Of a stretch of 64,000 nt of DNA, positions 41,001-57,294 are shown in pieces. The stretch is from contig OZ024743.1 of the NCBI GenBank assembly GCA_964016885.1, positions 375,720,001-375,784,000 on the forward strand, written 5' to 3'. The notes below the pieces were generated by a model. It did not search any database. It was given only the letters and a program-made list of their open reading frames with translations, and was not told the DNA's origin. The DNA is from Eledone cirrhosa. Its lineage: Eukaryota. How positions within the stretch are numbered: position 1 is the first letter of the stretch; the number at the start of each line of letters is the position of its first letter. A program made the translations under genes and the position numbers.

Positions 41001-44000
41001 GCTGTACTAGTTTCAAGCTTGTTAGCTATCGTCAGCAACGTATACCTTCCTGCCAGATTGTTGAACGTATATACTTACCTTATGCATATTAACGGCTGAG
41101 TAGCCCAATTTGCATATCTAGTGGGTTAATCGGCCGGGTGCACCGAAAGCGATAAACGAAAAAAAATGAAACGATATTTCATTTCCCACTCTTAGTACGG
41201 CTGTTACTTAAATATAAGTATGTACACGTACATACATATATGTATACTGACGTACAGTAGTATGTATATACATATATATATATATACATACATGCACACA
41301 TATATATATGCACGTATGGATTCACCGAACATTTATTATAATGCTCGGTGTGTTTGTAAACAAACATCCCGTATTAAGCCGTAGTGTCTAGCAACCACCG
41401 TTGCTCGTTTGTTCAACACTGACAAAAGAACGCTGTACTAGTTTCAAGCTTGCTAGCTATCGTCAGCAACGTATACCTTCCTGCCAGATTGTTGAACGTA
41501 TATACTTACCTTATGCATATTAACGGCTGAGTAGCCCAATTTGCATATCAAGTGGGTTAATCGGCCGGGTGCACCGAAAACGATAAACGGAATAAATGAA
41601 ACGATATTTCATTTACCACTCTTAGTACGGCTGTTACTTAAATATAAGTATGTACACGTACATACATATATGTATACCGACGTACAGTAGTATGTATATA
41701 TATATATATATATATACATACTTGCACACATATATATATGCACGTATGGATTCACCGAACATTTATTATAATGCTCGGTGTGTTTGTAAACAAACATCCC
41801 GTATTAAGCCGTAGTGTCTAGCAACCACCGTTGCTCGTTTGTTCAACACTGACAAAGGAACGCTGTACTAGTTTCAAGCTTGTTAGCTATCGTCAGCAAA
41901 GTATACCTTCCTGCCAGATTGTTGAACGTATATACTTACCATATGCATATTAACGGCTGAGTAGCCCAAATTGCATATCGAGTGGGTTAATCGGCCGGGT
42001 GCACCGAAAACGATAAACGGAAAAAATGAAACGATATTTCATTTCCCACTCTTAGTACGGCTGTTACTTAAATATAAGTATGTACACGTACATACATATA
42101 TGTATACCGACGTACAGTAGTATGTATAAATATATATATATATATACATACATGCACACATATATATATGCACGTATGGATTCACCGAACATTTATTATT
42201 ATGCTCGGTGTGTTTGTAAACAAACATGCCGTATTAAGCCGTAGTGTCTAGCAACCACCGTTGCTCGTTTGTTCAACACTGAAAAAGGAACGCTCTACTA
42301 GTTTCAAGCTTGTTAGCTATCGTCAGCAACGTATACCTTCCTGCCAGATTGTTGAACGTATATACTTACCTTATGCATATTAACGGCTGAGTAGCCCAAT
42401 TTGCATATCGAGTGGGTTAATCGGCCGGGTGCACCGAAAACGATAAACGGAAAAAATGAAACGATATTTCATTTCCCACTCTTAGTACGGCTGTTACTTA
42501 AATATAAGTATGTACACGTACATACATATATGTATACCGACGTACAGTAGTATGTATATATATATATATATATATACACATACATGCACACATATATATA
42601 TGCACGTATGGATTCACCGAACATTTATTATAATGCTCGGTGTGTTTGTAAACAAACATGACGTATTAAGCCGTAGTGTCTAGCAACCACCGTTGCTCGT
42701 TTGTTCAACACTGACAAAGGAACGCTGTACTAGTTTCAAGCTTGTTAGCTATCGTCAGCAACGTATACCTTCCTGCCAGATTGTTGAACGTATATACTTA
42801 CCTTATGCATATTAACGGCTGAGTAGCCCAATTTGCATCTCGAGTGGGTTAATTGGCCGGGTGCACCGAAAACGATAAACGGAAAAAATGAAACGATATT
42901 TCATTTCCCACTCTTAGTACGGCTATTACTTAAATATAAGTATGTACACGTACATACATATATGTATACCGACGTACAGTAGTATGTATATATATATATA
43001 TATACATATATGCACACATATATATATGCACGTATGGATTCACCGAACATTTATTATAATGCTCGGTGTGTTTGTAAACAAACATCCCGTATTAAGCCGT
43101 AGTGTCTAGCGATCACCGTGGCTCGTTTGTTCAACACTGACAAAGGAACGCTGTACTAGTTTCAAGCTTGTTAGCTATCGTCAGCAACGTATACCTTCCT
43201 GCCAGATTGTTGAACGTATATACTTACCTTATGCATATTAACGGCTGAGTAGCCCAATTTGCATATCGAGTGGGTTAATCGGACGGGTGTACCGAATACG
43301 ATAAACGAAAAAAAATGAATCGATATTTCATTTCCCACTCTTAGTACGGCTGTTACTTAAATATAAGTATGTACACGTACATACATATATGTATACCGAC
43401 GTACAGTAGTATGTATATATATATATATATATATATATACATACATGCACACATATATATATGCACGTATGGATTCACCGAACATTTATTATAATGCTCG
43501 GTGTGTTTGTAAACAAACATCCCGTATTAAGCCGTAGTGTCTAGCAACCACCGTTGCTCGTTTGTTCAACACTGACAAAGGAACGCTGTACTAGTTTCAA
43601 GCTTGCTAGCTATCGTCAGCAACGTATACCTTCCTGCCAGATTGTTGAACGTATATACTTACGTTATGCATATTAACGGCTGAGTAGCCCAATTTGCATA
43701 TCGAGTGGGTTAATCGGCCGGGTGCACCGAAAACGATAAACGGAATAAATGAGACGATATTTCATTTCCCACTCTTAGTACGGCTGTGACTTAAATATAA
43801 GTATGTACACGTACATAAATATATGTATACCGACGTACAGTAGTATGTATATATATATATATATATACATACATGCACACATATATATATGCACGTATGG
43901 ATTCACCGAACATTTATTATAATGCTCGGTGTGTTTGTAAACAAACATGCCGTATTAAGCCGTAGTGTCTAGCGATCACCGTGGCTCGTTTGTTCAACAC

Positions 44001-47000
44001 TGACAAAGGAACGCTGTACTAGTTTCAAGCTTGTTAGGTTATCGTCAGCAACGTATACCTTCCTGCCAGATTGTTGAACGTATATACTTACCTTATGCAT
44101 ATTAACGGCTGAGTAGCCCAATTTGCATATCGAGTGGGTTAATCGGCCGGGTGCACCGAAAACGATAAACGGAAAAAATGAGACGATATTTCATTTCCCA
44201 CTCTTAGTACGGCTGTTACTTAAATATAAGTATGTACACGTACATAAATATATGTATACCGACGTGCAGTAGTATGTATATATATATATATACATACATG
44301 CACACATATATATATGCACGTATGGATTCACCGAACATTTATTATAATGCTCGGTGTGTTTGTAAACAAACATGCCGTATTAAGCCGTAGTGTCTAGCGA
44401 CCACCGTTGCTCGTTTGTTCAACACTGACAAAGGAACGCTGTACTAGTTTCAAGCTTGTTAGGTTATCGTCAGCAACGTATACCTTCCTGCCAGATTGTT
44501 GAACGTATATACTTACCTTATGCATATTAACGGCTGAGTAGCCCAATTTGCATATCGAGTGGGTTAATCGGCCGGGTGCAACGAAAACGATGAACGGAAA
44601 AAATGAAACGATATTTCATTTCCCACTCTTGGTACGGCTGTTACTTAAATATAAGTACGTACACGTACATACATATATGTATACCGACGTACAGTAGTAT
44701 GTATATATATATATATATATATACATACATGCACACATATATATATGCACGTATGGATTCACCGAACATTTATTATAATGCTCGGTGTGTTTGTAAACAA
44801 ACATCCCGTATTAAGCCGTAGTGTCTAGCAACCACCGTTGCTCGTTTGTTCAACACTGACAAAGGAACGCTGTACTAGTTTCAAGCTTGTTAGCTATCGT
44901 CAGCAACGTATACCTTCCTGCCAGATTATTGAACGTATATACTTACCTCATGCATAGTAACGGCTGAGTAGCCCAATTTGCATATCGAGTGGGTTAATCG
45001 GCCGGGTGCACAGAAAACGATAAACGGCAAAAAATGAAACGATATTTCATTTCCCACTCTTAGTACGGCTGTTACTTAAATATAAGTATGTACACGTACA
45101 TACATATATGTATACCGACGTACAGTAGTATGTATATATATATATATATATATACATACATGCACACATATATATATGCACGTATGGATTCACCAAACAT
45201 TTATTATAATGCTCGGTGTGTTTGTAAACAAACATGCCGTATTAAGCCGTAGTGTCTAGCAACCACCGTTGTTCGTTTGTTCAACACTGACAAAGGAACG
45301 CTGTACTAGTTTCAAGCTTGTTAGCTATCGTCAGCAACGTATACCTTCCTGCCAGATTGTTGAACGTATATACTTGCCTTATGCATGTTAACGGCTGAGT
45401 AGCCCAATTTGCATATCGAGTGGGTTAATCGGCCGGGTGCACCGAAAACGATAAACGGAAAAAATAAAACGATATTTCATTTCCCACTCTTAGTACGGCT
45501 GTTACTTAAATATAAGTATGTACACGTACATACATATATGTATACCGACGTACAGTAGTATGTATATGTATATATATATATATATATACATGCACACATA
45601 TATATATGCACGTATGGATTCACCGAACATTTATTATAATGCTGGGTATGTTTGTAAACAAACATCCCGTATTAAGCCGTAGTGTCTAGCAACCACCGTT
45701 GCTCGTTTGTTCAACACTGACAAAGGAACGCTGTACTAGTTTCAAGCTTGTTAGCTATCGTCAGCAACGTATACCTTCCTGCCAGATTGTTGAACGTATA
45801 TACTTACCTTATGCATATTAACGGCTGAGTAGCCCAAATTGCATATCGAGTGGGTTAATCGACCGGGTGCACCGAAAACGATAAACGGAAAAAATGAAAC
45901 GATATTTCATTTCCCACTCTTAGTACGGCTGTTACTTAAATATAAGTATGTACACGTACATACATATATGTATACCGACGTACAGTAGTATGTATATATA
46001 TATACATACATGCACACATATATATATGCACGTATGGATTCACCGAACATTTATTATAATGCTCGGTGTGTTTGTAAACAAACATGCCGTATTAAGCCGT
46101 AGTGTCTAGCAACCACCGTTGCTCGTTTGTTCAACACTGACAAAAGAACGCTGTACTAGTTTCAAGCTTGCTAGCTATCGTCAGCAACGTATACCTTCCT
46201 GCCAGATTGTTGAACGTATATACTTACCTTATGCATATTAAAGGCTGAGTAGCCCAATTTGCATATCGAGTGGGTTAATCGGCCGGGTGCACCGAAAACG
46301 ATAAACGGAAGAAATGAAACGATATTTCATTTACCACTCTTAGTACGGCTGTTACTTAAATATAAGTATGTACACGTACATACATATATGTATACCGACG
46401 TACAGTAGTATGTATATATATATATATATATATATACATACATGCACACATATATATGCACGTATGGATTCACCGAACATTTATTATAATGCTCGGTGTG
46501 TTTGTAAACAAACATCCCGTATTAAGCCGTAGTGTCTAGCAACCACCGTTGCTCGTTTGTTCAACACTGACAAAGGAACGCTGTACTAGTTTCAAGCTTG
46601 TTAGCTATCGTCAGCAAAGTATACCTTCCTGCCAGATTGTTGAACGTATATACTTACGTTATGCATATTAACGGCTGAGTAGCCCAATTTGCATATCGAG
46701 TGAGTTAATCGGCCGGGTGCACCGAAAACGATAAACGGAAAAAATGAAACGATATTTCATTTCCCACTCTTAGTACGGCTGTTACTTAAATATAAGTATG
46801 TACACGTACATACATATATGTATACCGACGTACAGTAGTATGTATATATATATATATATATACATACATGCACACATATATATATGCACGTATGGATTCA
46901 CCGAACAATTATTATAATGCTCGGTGTGTTTGTAAACAAACATCCCGTATTAAGCCGTAGTGTCTAGCAACCACCGTTGCTCGTTTGTTCAACACTGACA

Positions 47001-50000
47001 AAGGAACGCTGTACTAGTTTCAAGCTTGTTAGCTATCGTCAGCAACGTATACCTTCCTGCCAGATTGTTGAACGTATATACTTACCTTATGCATATTAAC
47101 GGCTGAGTTGCCCAATTTGCATATCTAGTGGGTTAATCGGCCGGGTGCACCGAAAGCGATAAACGAAAAAAAATGAAACGATATTTCATTTCCCACTCTT
47201 AGTACGGCTGTTACTTAAATATAAGTATGTACACGTACATACATATATGTATACTGACGTACAGTAGTATGTATATACATATATATATATATACATACAT
47301 GCACACATATATATATGCACGTATGGATTCACCGAACATTTATTATAATGCTCGGTGTGTTTGTAAACAAACATCCCGTATTAAGCCGTAGTGTCTAGCA
47401 ACCACCGTTGCTCGTTTGTTCAACACTGACAAAAGAACGCTGTACTAGTTTCAAGCTTGCTAGCTATCGTCAGCAACGTATACCTTCCTGCCAGATTGTT
47501 GAACGTATATACTTACCTTATGCATATTAACGGCTGAGTAGCCCAATTTGCATATGGAGTGGGTTAATCGGCCGGGTGCACCGAAAACGATAAACGGAAT
47601 AAATGAAACGATATTTCATTTACCACTCTTAGTACGGCTGTTACTTAAATATAAGTATGTACACGTACATACATATATGTATACCGACGTACAGTAGTAT
47701 GTATATATATATATATATATATACATACTTGCACACATATATATATGCACGTATGGATTCACCGAACATTTATTATAATGCTCGGTGTGTTTGTAAACAA
47801 ACATCCCGTATTAAGCCGTAGTGTCTAGCAACCACCGTTGCTCGTTTGTTCAACACTGACAAAGGAACGCTGTACTAGTTTCAAGCTTGTTAGCTATCGT
47901 CAGCAAAGTATACCTTCCTGCCAGATTGTTGAACGTATATACTTACCATATGCATATTAACGGCTGAGTAGCCCAAATTGCATATCGAGTGGGTTAATCG
48001 GCCGGGTGCACCGAAAACGATAAACGGAAAAAATGAAACGATATTTCATTTCCCACTCTTAGTACGGCTGTTACTTAAATATAAGTATGTACACGTACAT
48101 ACATATATGTATACCGACGTACAGTAGTATGTATAAATATATATATATATATACATACATGCACACATATATATATGCACGTATGGATTCACCGAACATT
48201 TATTATTATGCTCGGTGTGTTTGTAAACAAACATGCCGTATTAAGCCGTAGTGTCTAGCAACCACCGTTGCTCGTTTGTTCAACACTGAAAAAGGAACGC
48301 TCTACTAGTTTAAAGCTTGTTAGCTATCGTCAGCAACGTATACCTTCCTGCCAGATTGTTGAACGTATATACTTACCTTATGCATATTAACGGCTGAGTA
48401 GCCCAATTTGCATATCGAGTGGGTTAATCGGCCGGGTGCACCGAAAACGATAAACGGAAAAAATGAAACGATATTTCATTTCCCACTCTTAGTACGGCTG
48501 TTACTTAAATATAAGTATGTACACGTACATACATATATGTATACCGACGTACAGTAGTATGTATATATATATATATATATATACATACATGCACACATAT
48601 ATATATGCACGTATGGATTCACCGAACATTTATTATAATGCTCGGTGTGTTTGTAAACAAACATGCCGTATTAAGCCGTAGTGTCTAGTAACCACCGTTG
48701 CTCGTTTGTTCAACACTGACAAAGGAACGCTGTACTAGTTTCAAGCTTGTTAGCTATCGTCAGCAACGTATACCTTCCTGCCAGATTGTTGAACGTATAT
48801 ACTTACCTTATGCATATTAACGGCTGAGTAGCCCAATTTGCATCTCGAGTGGGTTAATTGGCCGGGTGCACCGAAAACGATAAACGGAAAAAATGAAACG
48901 ATATTTCATTTCCCACTCTTAGTACGGCTATTACTTAAATATAAGTATGTACACGTACATACATATATGTATACCGACGTACAGTAGTATGTATATATAT
49001 ATATATATACATATATGCACACATATATATATGCACGTATGGATTCACCGAACATTTATTATAATGCTCGGTGTGTTTGTAAACAAACATCCCGTATTAA
49101 GCCGTAGTGTCTAGCAACCACCGTTGCTTGTCTGTTCAACACTGACAAAGGAACGCTGTACTAGTTTCAAGCTTGTTAGCTATCGTCAGCAACGTATACC
49201 TTCCTGCCAGATTGTTGAACGTATATACTTACCATATGCATATTAACGGCTGAGTAGCCCAAATTGCATATCGAGTGGGTTAATCGGCCGGGTGCACCGA
49301 AAACGATAAACGGAAAAAATGAAACGATATTTCATTTCCCACTCTTAGTACGGCTGTTACTTAAATATAAGTATGTACACGTACATACATATATGTATAC
49401 CGACGCACAGTAGTATGTATAAATATATATATATATATACATACATGCACACATATATATATGCACGTATGGATTCACCGAACATTTATTATTATGCTCG
49501 GTGTGTTTGTAAACAAACATGCCGTATTAAGCCGTAGTGTCTAGCAACCACCGTTGCTCGTTTGTTCAACACTGAAAAAGGAACGCTCTACTAGTTTCAA
49601 GCTTGTTAGCTATCGTCAGCAACGTATACCTTCCTGCCAGATTGTTGAACGTATATACTTACCTTATGCCTATTAACGGCTGAGTAGCCCAATTTGCATA
49701 TCGAGTGGGTTAATCGGACGGGTGTACCGAATACGATAAACGAAAAAAAATGAATCGATATTTCATTTCCCACTCTTAGTACGGCTGTTACTTAAATATA
49801 AGTATGTACACGTACATACATATATGTATACCGACGTACAGTAGTATGTATATATATATATATATATATATATACATACATGCACACATATATATATGCA
49901 CGTATGGATTCACCGAACATTTATTATAATGCTCGGTGTGTTTGTAAACAAACATCCCGTATTAAGCCGTAGTGTCTAGCAACCACCGTTGCTCGTTTGT

Positions 50001-53000
50001 TCAACACTGACAAAGGAACGCTGTACTAGTTTCAAGCTTGCTAGCTATCGTCAGCAACGTATACCTTCCTGCCAGATTGTTGAACGTATATACTTACCTT
50101 ATGCATATTAACGGCTGAGTAGCCCAATTTGCATATCGGGTGGGTTAATCGGCCGGGTGCACCGAAAACGATAAAACGGAATAAATGAAACGATATTTCA
50201 TTTCCCACTCTTAGTACGGCTGTTACTTAAATATAAGTATGTACACGTACATACATATATGTATACCGACGTACAGTAGTATGTATATATATATATATAT
50301 ATATACATACATGCACACATATATATATGCACGTATGGATTCACCGAACATTTATTATAATGCTCGGTGTGTTTGTAAACAAACATCCCGTATTAAGCCG
50401 TAGTGTCTAGCAACCACCGTTGCTCGTTTGTTCAACACTGACAAAGGAACGCTGTACTAGTTTCAAGCTTGTTAGCTATCGTCAGCAACGTATACCTTCC
50501 TGCCAGATTGTTGAACGTATATACTTACCTTATGCATATTAACGGCTGAGTAGCCCAATTTGCATATCGAGTGGGCTAATCTGCCGGGTGTACCGAAAAC
50601 GATAAACGAATAAAAATGAATCGATATTTCATTTCCCACTCTTAGTACGGCTGTTACTTAAATATAAGTATGTACACGTACATACATATATGTATACCGA
50701 CGTACAGTAGTATGTATATATATATATATATATATACATACATGCACACATATATATATGCACGTATGGATTCACCGAACATTTATTATAATGCTCGGTG
50801 TGTTTGTAAACAAACATCCCGTATTAAGCCGTAGTGTCTAGCAACCACCGTTGCTCGTTTGTTCAACACTGACAAAGGAACGCTGTACTAGTTTCAAGCT
50901 TGCTAGCTATCGTCAGCAACGTATAACTTCCTGCCAGATTGTTGAACGTATAAACTTACCTTATGCATATTAACGGCTGAGTAGCCCAATTTGCATATCG
51001 AGTGGGTTAATCGGCCGGGTGCACCGAAAACGATAAACGGAAAAAATGAAACGATATTTCATTTCCCACTCTTAGTACGGCTGTTACTTAAATATAAGTA
51101 TGTACACGTACATACATATATGTATACCGACGTACAGTAGTATGTATATATATATATATATATATACATACATGCACACATATATATATGCACGTATGGA
51201 TTCACCGAACATTTATTATAATGCTCGGTGTGTTTGTAAACAAACATCCCGTATTAAGCCGTAGTGTCTAGCAACCACCGTTGCTCGTTTGTTCAACACT
51301 GACAAAAGAACGCTGTACTAGTTTCAAGCTTGCTAGCTATCGTCAGCAACGTATACCTTCCTGCCAGATTGTTGAACGTATATACTTACCTTATGCATAT
51401 TAACGGCTGAGTAGCCCAATTTGCATATGGAGTGGGTTAATCGGCCGGGTGCACCGAAAACGATAAACGGAATAAATGAAACGATATTTCATTTACCACT
51501 CTTAGTACGGCTGTTACTTAAATATAAGTATGTACACGTACATACATATATGTATACCGACGTACAGTAGTATGTATATATATATATATATATATATACA
51601 TACTTGCACACATATATATATGCACGTATGGATTCACCGAACATTTATTATAATGCTCGGTGTGTTTGTAAACAAACATCCCGTATTAAGCCGTAGTGTC
51701 TAGCAACCACCGTTGCTCGTTTGTTCAACACTGACAAAGGAACGCTGTACTAGTTTCAAGCTTGTTAGCTATCGTCAGCAAAGTATACCTTCCTGCCAGA
51801 TTGTTGAACGTATATACTTACCATATGCATATTAACGGCTGAGTAGCCCAAATTGCATATCGAGTGGGTTAATCGGCCGGGTGCACCGAAAACGATAAAC
51901 GGAAAAAATGAAACGATATTTCATTTCCCACTCTTAGTACGGCTGTTACTTAAATATAAGTATGTACACGTACATACATATATGTATACCGACGTACAGT
52001 AGTATGTATAAATATATATATATATATACATACATGCACACATACATATATGCACGTATGGATTCACCAAAAATTTATTATTATGCTCGGTGTGTTTGTA
52101 AACAAACATGCCGTATTAAGCCGTAGTGTCTAGCAACCACCGTTGCTCGTTTGTTCAACACTGAAAAAGGAACGCTCTACTAGTTTAAAGCTTGTTAGCT
52201 ATCGTCAGCAACGTATACCTTCCTGCCAGATTGTTGAACGTATATACTTACCTTATGCATATTAACGGCTGAGTAGCCCAATTTGCATATCGAGTGGGTT
52301 AATCGGCCGGGTGCACCGAAAACGATAAACGGAAAAAATGAAACGATATTTCATTTCCCACTCTTAGTACGGCTGTTACTTAAATATAAGTATGTACACG
52401 TACATACATATATGTATACCGACGTACAGTAGTATGTATATATATATATATATATATACATACATGCACACATATATATATGCACGTATGGATTCACCGA
52501 ACATTTATTATAATGCTCGGTGTGTTTGTAAACAAACATGCCGTATTAAGCCGTAGTGTCTAGTAACCACCGTTGCTCGTTTGTTCAACACTGACAAAGG
52601 AACGCTGTACTAGTTTCAAGCTTGTTAGCTATCGTCAGCAACGTATACCTTCCTGCCAGATTGTTGAACGTATATACTTACCTTATGCATATTAACGGCT
52701 GAGTAGCCCAATTTGCATCTCGAGTGGGTTAATTGGCCGGGTGCACCGAAAACGATAAACGGAAAAAATGAAACGATATTTCATTTCCCACTCTTAGTAC
52801 GGCTATTACTTAAATATAAGTATGTACACGTACATACATATATGTATACCGACGTACAGTAGTATGTATATATATATATATATACATATATGCACACATA
52901 TATATATGCACGTATGGATTCACCGAACATTTATTATAATGCTCGGTGTGTTTGTAAACAAACATCCCGTATTAAGCCGTAGTGTCTAGCAACCACCGTT

Positions 53001-55877
53001 GCTTGTCTGTTCAACACTGACAAAGGAACGCTGTACTAGTTTCAAGCTTGTTAGCTATCGTCAGCAACGTATACCTTCCTGCCAGATTGTTGAACGTATA
53101 TACTTACCATATGCATATTAACGGCTGAGTAGCCCAAATTGCATATCGAGTGGGTTAATCGGCCGGGTGCACCGAAAACGATAAACGGAAAAAATGAAAC
53201 GATATTTCATTTCCCACTCTTAGTACGGCTGTTACTTAAATATAAGTATGTACACGTACATACATATATGTATACCGACGTACAGTAGTATGTATAAATA
53301 TATATATATATATACATACATGCACACATATATATATGCACGTATGGATTCACCGAACATTTATTATTATGCTCGGTGTGTTTGTAAACAAACATGCCGT
53401 ATTAAGCCGTAGTGTCTAGCAACCACCGTTGCTCGTTTGTTCAACACTGAAAAAGGAACGCTCTACTAGTTTCAAGCTTGTTAGCTATCGTCAGCAACGT
53501 ATACCTTCCTGCCAGATTGTTGAACGTATATACTTACCTTATGCCTATTAACGGCTGAGTAGCCCAATTTGCATATCGAGTGGGTTAATCGGACGGGTGT
53601 ACCGAATACGATAAACGAAAAAAAATGAATCGATATTTCATTTCCCACTCTTAGTACGGCTGTTACTTAAATATAAGTATGTACACGTACATACATATAT
53701 GTATACCGACGTACAGTAGTATGTATATATATATATATATATATATATACATACATGCACACATATATATATGCACGTATGGATTCACCGAACATTTATT
53801 ATAATGCTCGGTGTGTTTGTAAACAAACATCCCGTATTAAGCCGTAGTGTCTAGCAACCACCGTTGCTCGTTTGTTCAACACTGACAAAGGAACGCTGTA
53901 CTAGTTTCAAGCTTGCTAGCTATCGTCAGCAACGTATACCTTCCTGCCAGATTGTTGAACGTATATACTTACCTTATGCATATTAACGGCTGAGTAGCCC
54001 AATTTGCATATCGGGTGGGTTAATCGGCCGGGTGCACCGAAAACGATAAAACGGAATAAATGAAACGATATTTCATTTCCCACTCTTAGTACGGCTGTTA
54101 CTTAAATATAAGTATGTACACGTACATACATATATGTATACCGACGTACAGTAGTATGTATATATATATATATATATATACATACATGCACACATATATA
54201 TATGCACGTATGGATTCACCGAACATTTATTATAATGCTCGGTGTGTTTGTAAACAAACATCCCGTATTAAGCCGTAGTGTCTAGCAACCACCGTTGCTC
54301 GTTTGTTCAACACTGACAAAGGAACGCTGTACTAGTTTCAAGCTTGTTAGCTATCGTCAGCAACGTATACCTTCCTGCCAGATTGTTGAACGTATATACT
54401 TACCTTATGCATATTAACGGCTGAGTAGCCCAATTTGCATATCGAGTGGGCTAATCTGCCGGGTGTACCGAAAACGATAAACGAATAAAAATGAATCGAT
54501 ATTTCATTTCCCACTCTTAGTACGGCTGTTACTTAAATATAAGTATGTACACGTACATACATATATGTATACCGACGTACAGTAGTATGTATATATATAT
54601 ATATATATATACATACATGCACACATATATATATGCACGTATGGATTCACCGAACATTTATTATAATGCTCGGTGTGTTTGTAAACAAACATCCCGTATT
54701 AAGCCGTAGTGTCTAGCAACCACCGTTGCTCGTTTGTTCAACACTGACAAAGGAACGCTGTACTAGTTTCAAGCTTGCTAGCTATCGTCAGCAACGTATA
54801 ACTTCCTGCCAGATTGTTGAACGTATAAACTTACCTTATGCATATTAACGGCTGAGTAGCCCAATTTGCATATCGGGTGGGTTAATCGGCCGGGTGCACC
54901 GAAAACGATAAAACGGAATAAATGAAACGATATTTCATTTCCCACTCTTAGTACGGCTGTTACTTAAATATAAGTATGTACACGTACATACATATATGTA
55001 TACCGACGTACAGTAGTATGTATATATATATATATATATATACATACATGCACACATATATATATGCACGTATGGATTCACCGAACATTTATTATAATGC
55101 TCGGTGTGTTTGTAAACAAACATCCCGTATTAAGCCGTAGTGTCTAGCAACCACCGTTGCTCGTTTGTTCAACACTGACAAAGGAACGCTGTACTAGTTT
55201 CAAGCTTGTTAGCTATCGTCAGCAACGTATACCTTCCTGCCAGATTGTTGAACGTATATACTTACCTTATGCATATTAACGGATGAGTAGCCCAATTTGC
55301 ATATCGAGTGGGCTAATCTGCCGGGTGTACCGAAAACGATAAACGAATAAAAATGAATCGATATTTCATTTCCCACTCTTAGTACGGCTGTTACTTAAAT
55401 ATAAGTATGTACACGTACATACATATATGTATACCGACGTACAGTAGTATGTATATATATATATATATATATACATACATGCACACATATATATATGCAC
55501 GTATGGATTCACCGAACATTTATTATAATGCTCGGTGTGTTTGTAAACAAACATCCCGTATTAAGCCGTAGTGTCTAGCAACCACCGTTGCTCGTTTGTT
55601 CAACACTGACAAAGGAACGCTGTACTAGTTTCAAGCTTGCTAGCTATCGTCAGCAACGTATAACTTCCTGCCAGATTGTTGAACGTATAAACTTACCTTA
55701 TGCATATTAACGGCTGAGTAGCCCAATTTGCATATCGAGTGGGTTAATCGGCCGGGTGCACCGAAAACGATAAACGGAAAAAATGAAACGATATTTCATT
55801 TCCCACTCTTAGTACGGCTGTTACTTAAATATAAGTATGTACACGTACATACATATATGTATACCGACGTACAGTAG

Positions 55878-55969
<92 letters not shown>

Positions 55970-57225
55970 CATGCCCGCATATATATATGCACGTATGGAT
56001 TCACCGAACATTTATTATAATGCTCGGTGTGTTTGTAAACAAACATCCCGTATTAAGCCGTAGTGTCTAGCAACCACCGTTGCTCGTTTGTTCAACACTG
56101 ACAAAGGAACGCTGTACTAGTTTCAAGCTTGTTAGCTATCGTCAGCAACGTATACCTTCCTGCCAGATTGTTGAACGTATATACGTACCTTATGCATATT
56201 AACGGCTGAGTAGCCCAATTTGCATATCGAGTGGGTTAATCGGCCGGGTGCACCGAAAACGATAAACGAACAAAAATGAAACGATATTTCATTTCCCACT
56301 CTTAGTACGGCTGTTACTTAAATATAAGTATGTACACGTACATACATATATGTATACCGACGTACAGTAGTATGTATATATATATATATATATACATACA
56401 TGCACACATATATATATGCACGTATGGATTCACCGAACATTTATTATAATGCTCAGTGTGTTTGTAAACAAACATCCCATATTAAGCCGTAGTGTCTAGC
56501 AACCACCGTTGCTCATTTGTTCAACACTGACAAACGAACGCTGTACTAGTTTCAAGCTTGTTAGCTATCGTCAGCAACGTATACCTTCCTGCCACATTGT
56601 TGAACGTATATACTTACCTTATGCATATTAACGGCTGAGTAGCCCAATTTGCATATCGAATGGGTTAATCGGCCGGGTGCACCGAAAGGGATAAATGGAA
56701 AAAATGAAACGATATTTCATTTCCCACTCTTAGTACGGCTGTTACTTAAATATATGTATGTACACGTACATACATATATGTATACCGACGTACAGTAGTA
56801 TGTATATATATATGTATATATACATACATACACACATATATATATGCACGTATGGATTCACCGAACATTTATTATAATGCTCGGTGTGTTTGTAAACAAA
56901 CATCCCGTATTAAGCCGTAGTGTCTAGCAACCACCGTTGCTCGTTTGTTCAACACTGACAAAGGAACGCTGTACTAGTTTCAAGCTTGTTAGCTATCGTC
57001 AGCAACGTATACCTTCCTGCCAGATTGTTGAACGTATATACTTACCTTATGCATATTAACGGCTGAGTAGCCCAATTTGCATGTCGAGTGGGTTAATCGG
57101 CCGGGTGCACCGAAAACGATAAACGGAAAAAATGAAACGATATTTCATTTCCCACTCTTAGTACGGCTGTTACTTAAATATATGTATGTACACGTACATA
57201 CATATATGTATACCGACGTACAGTA

Positions 57226-57294
<69 letters not shown>

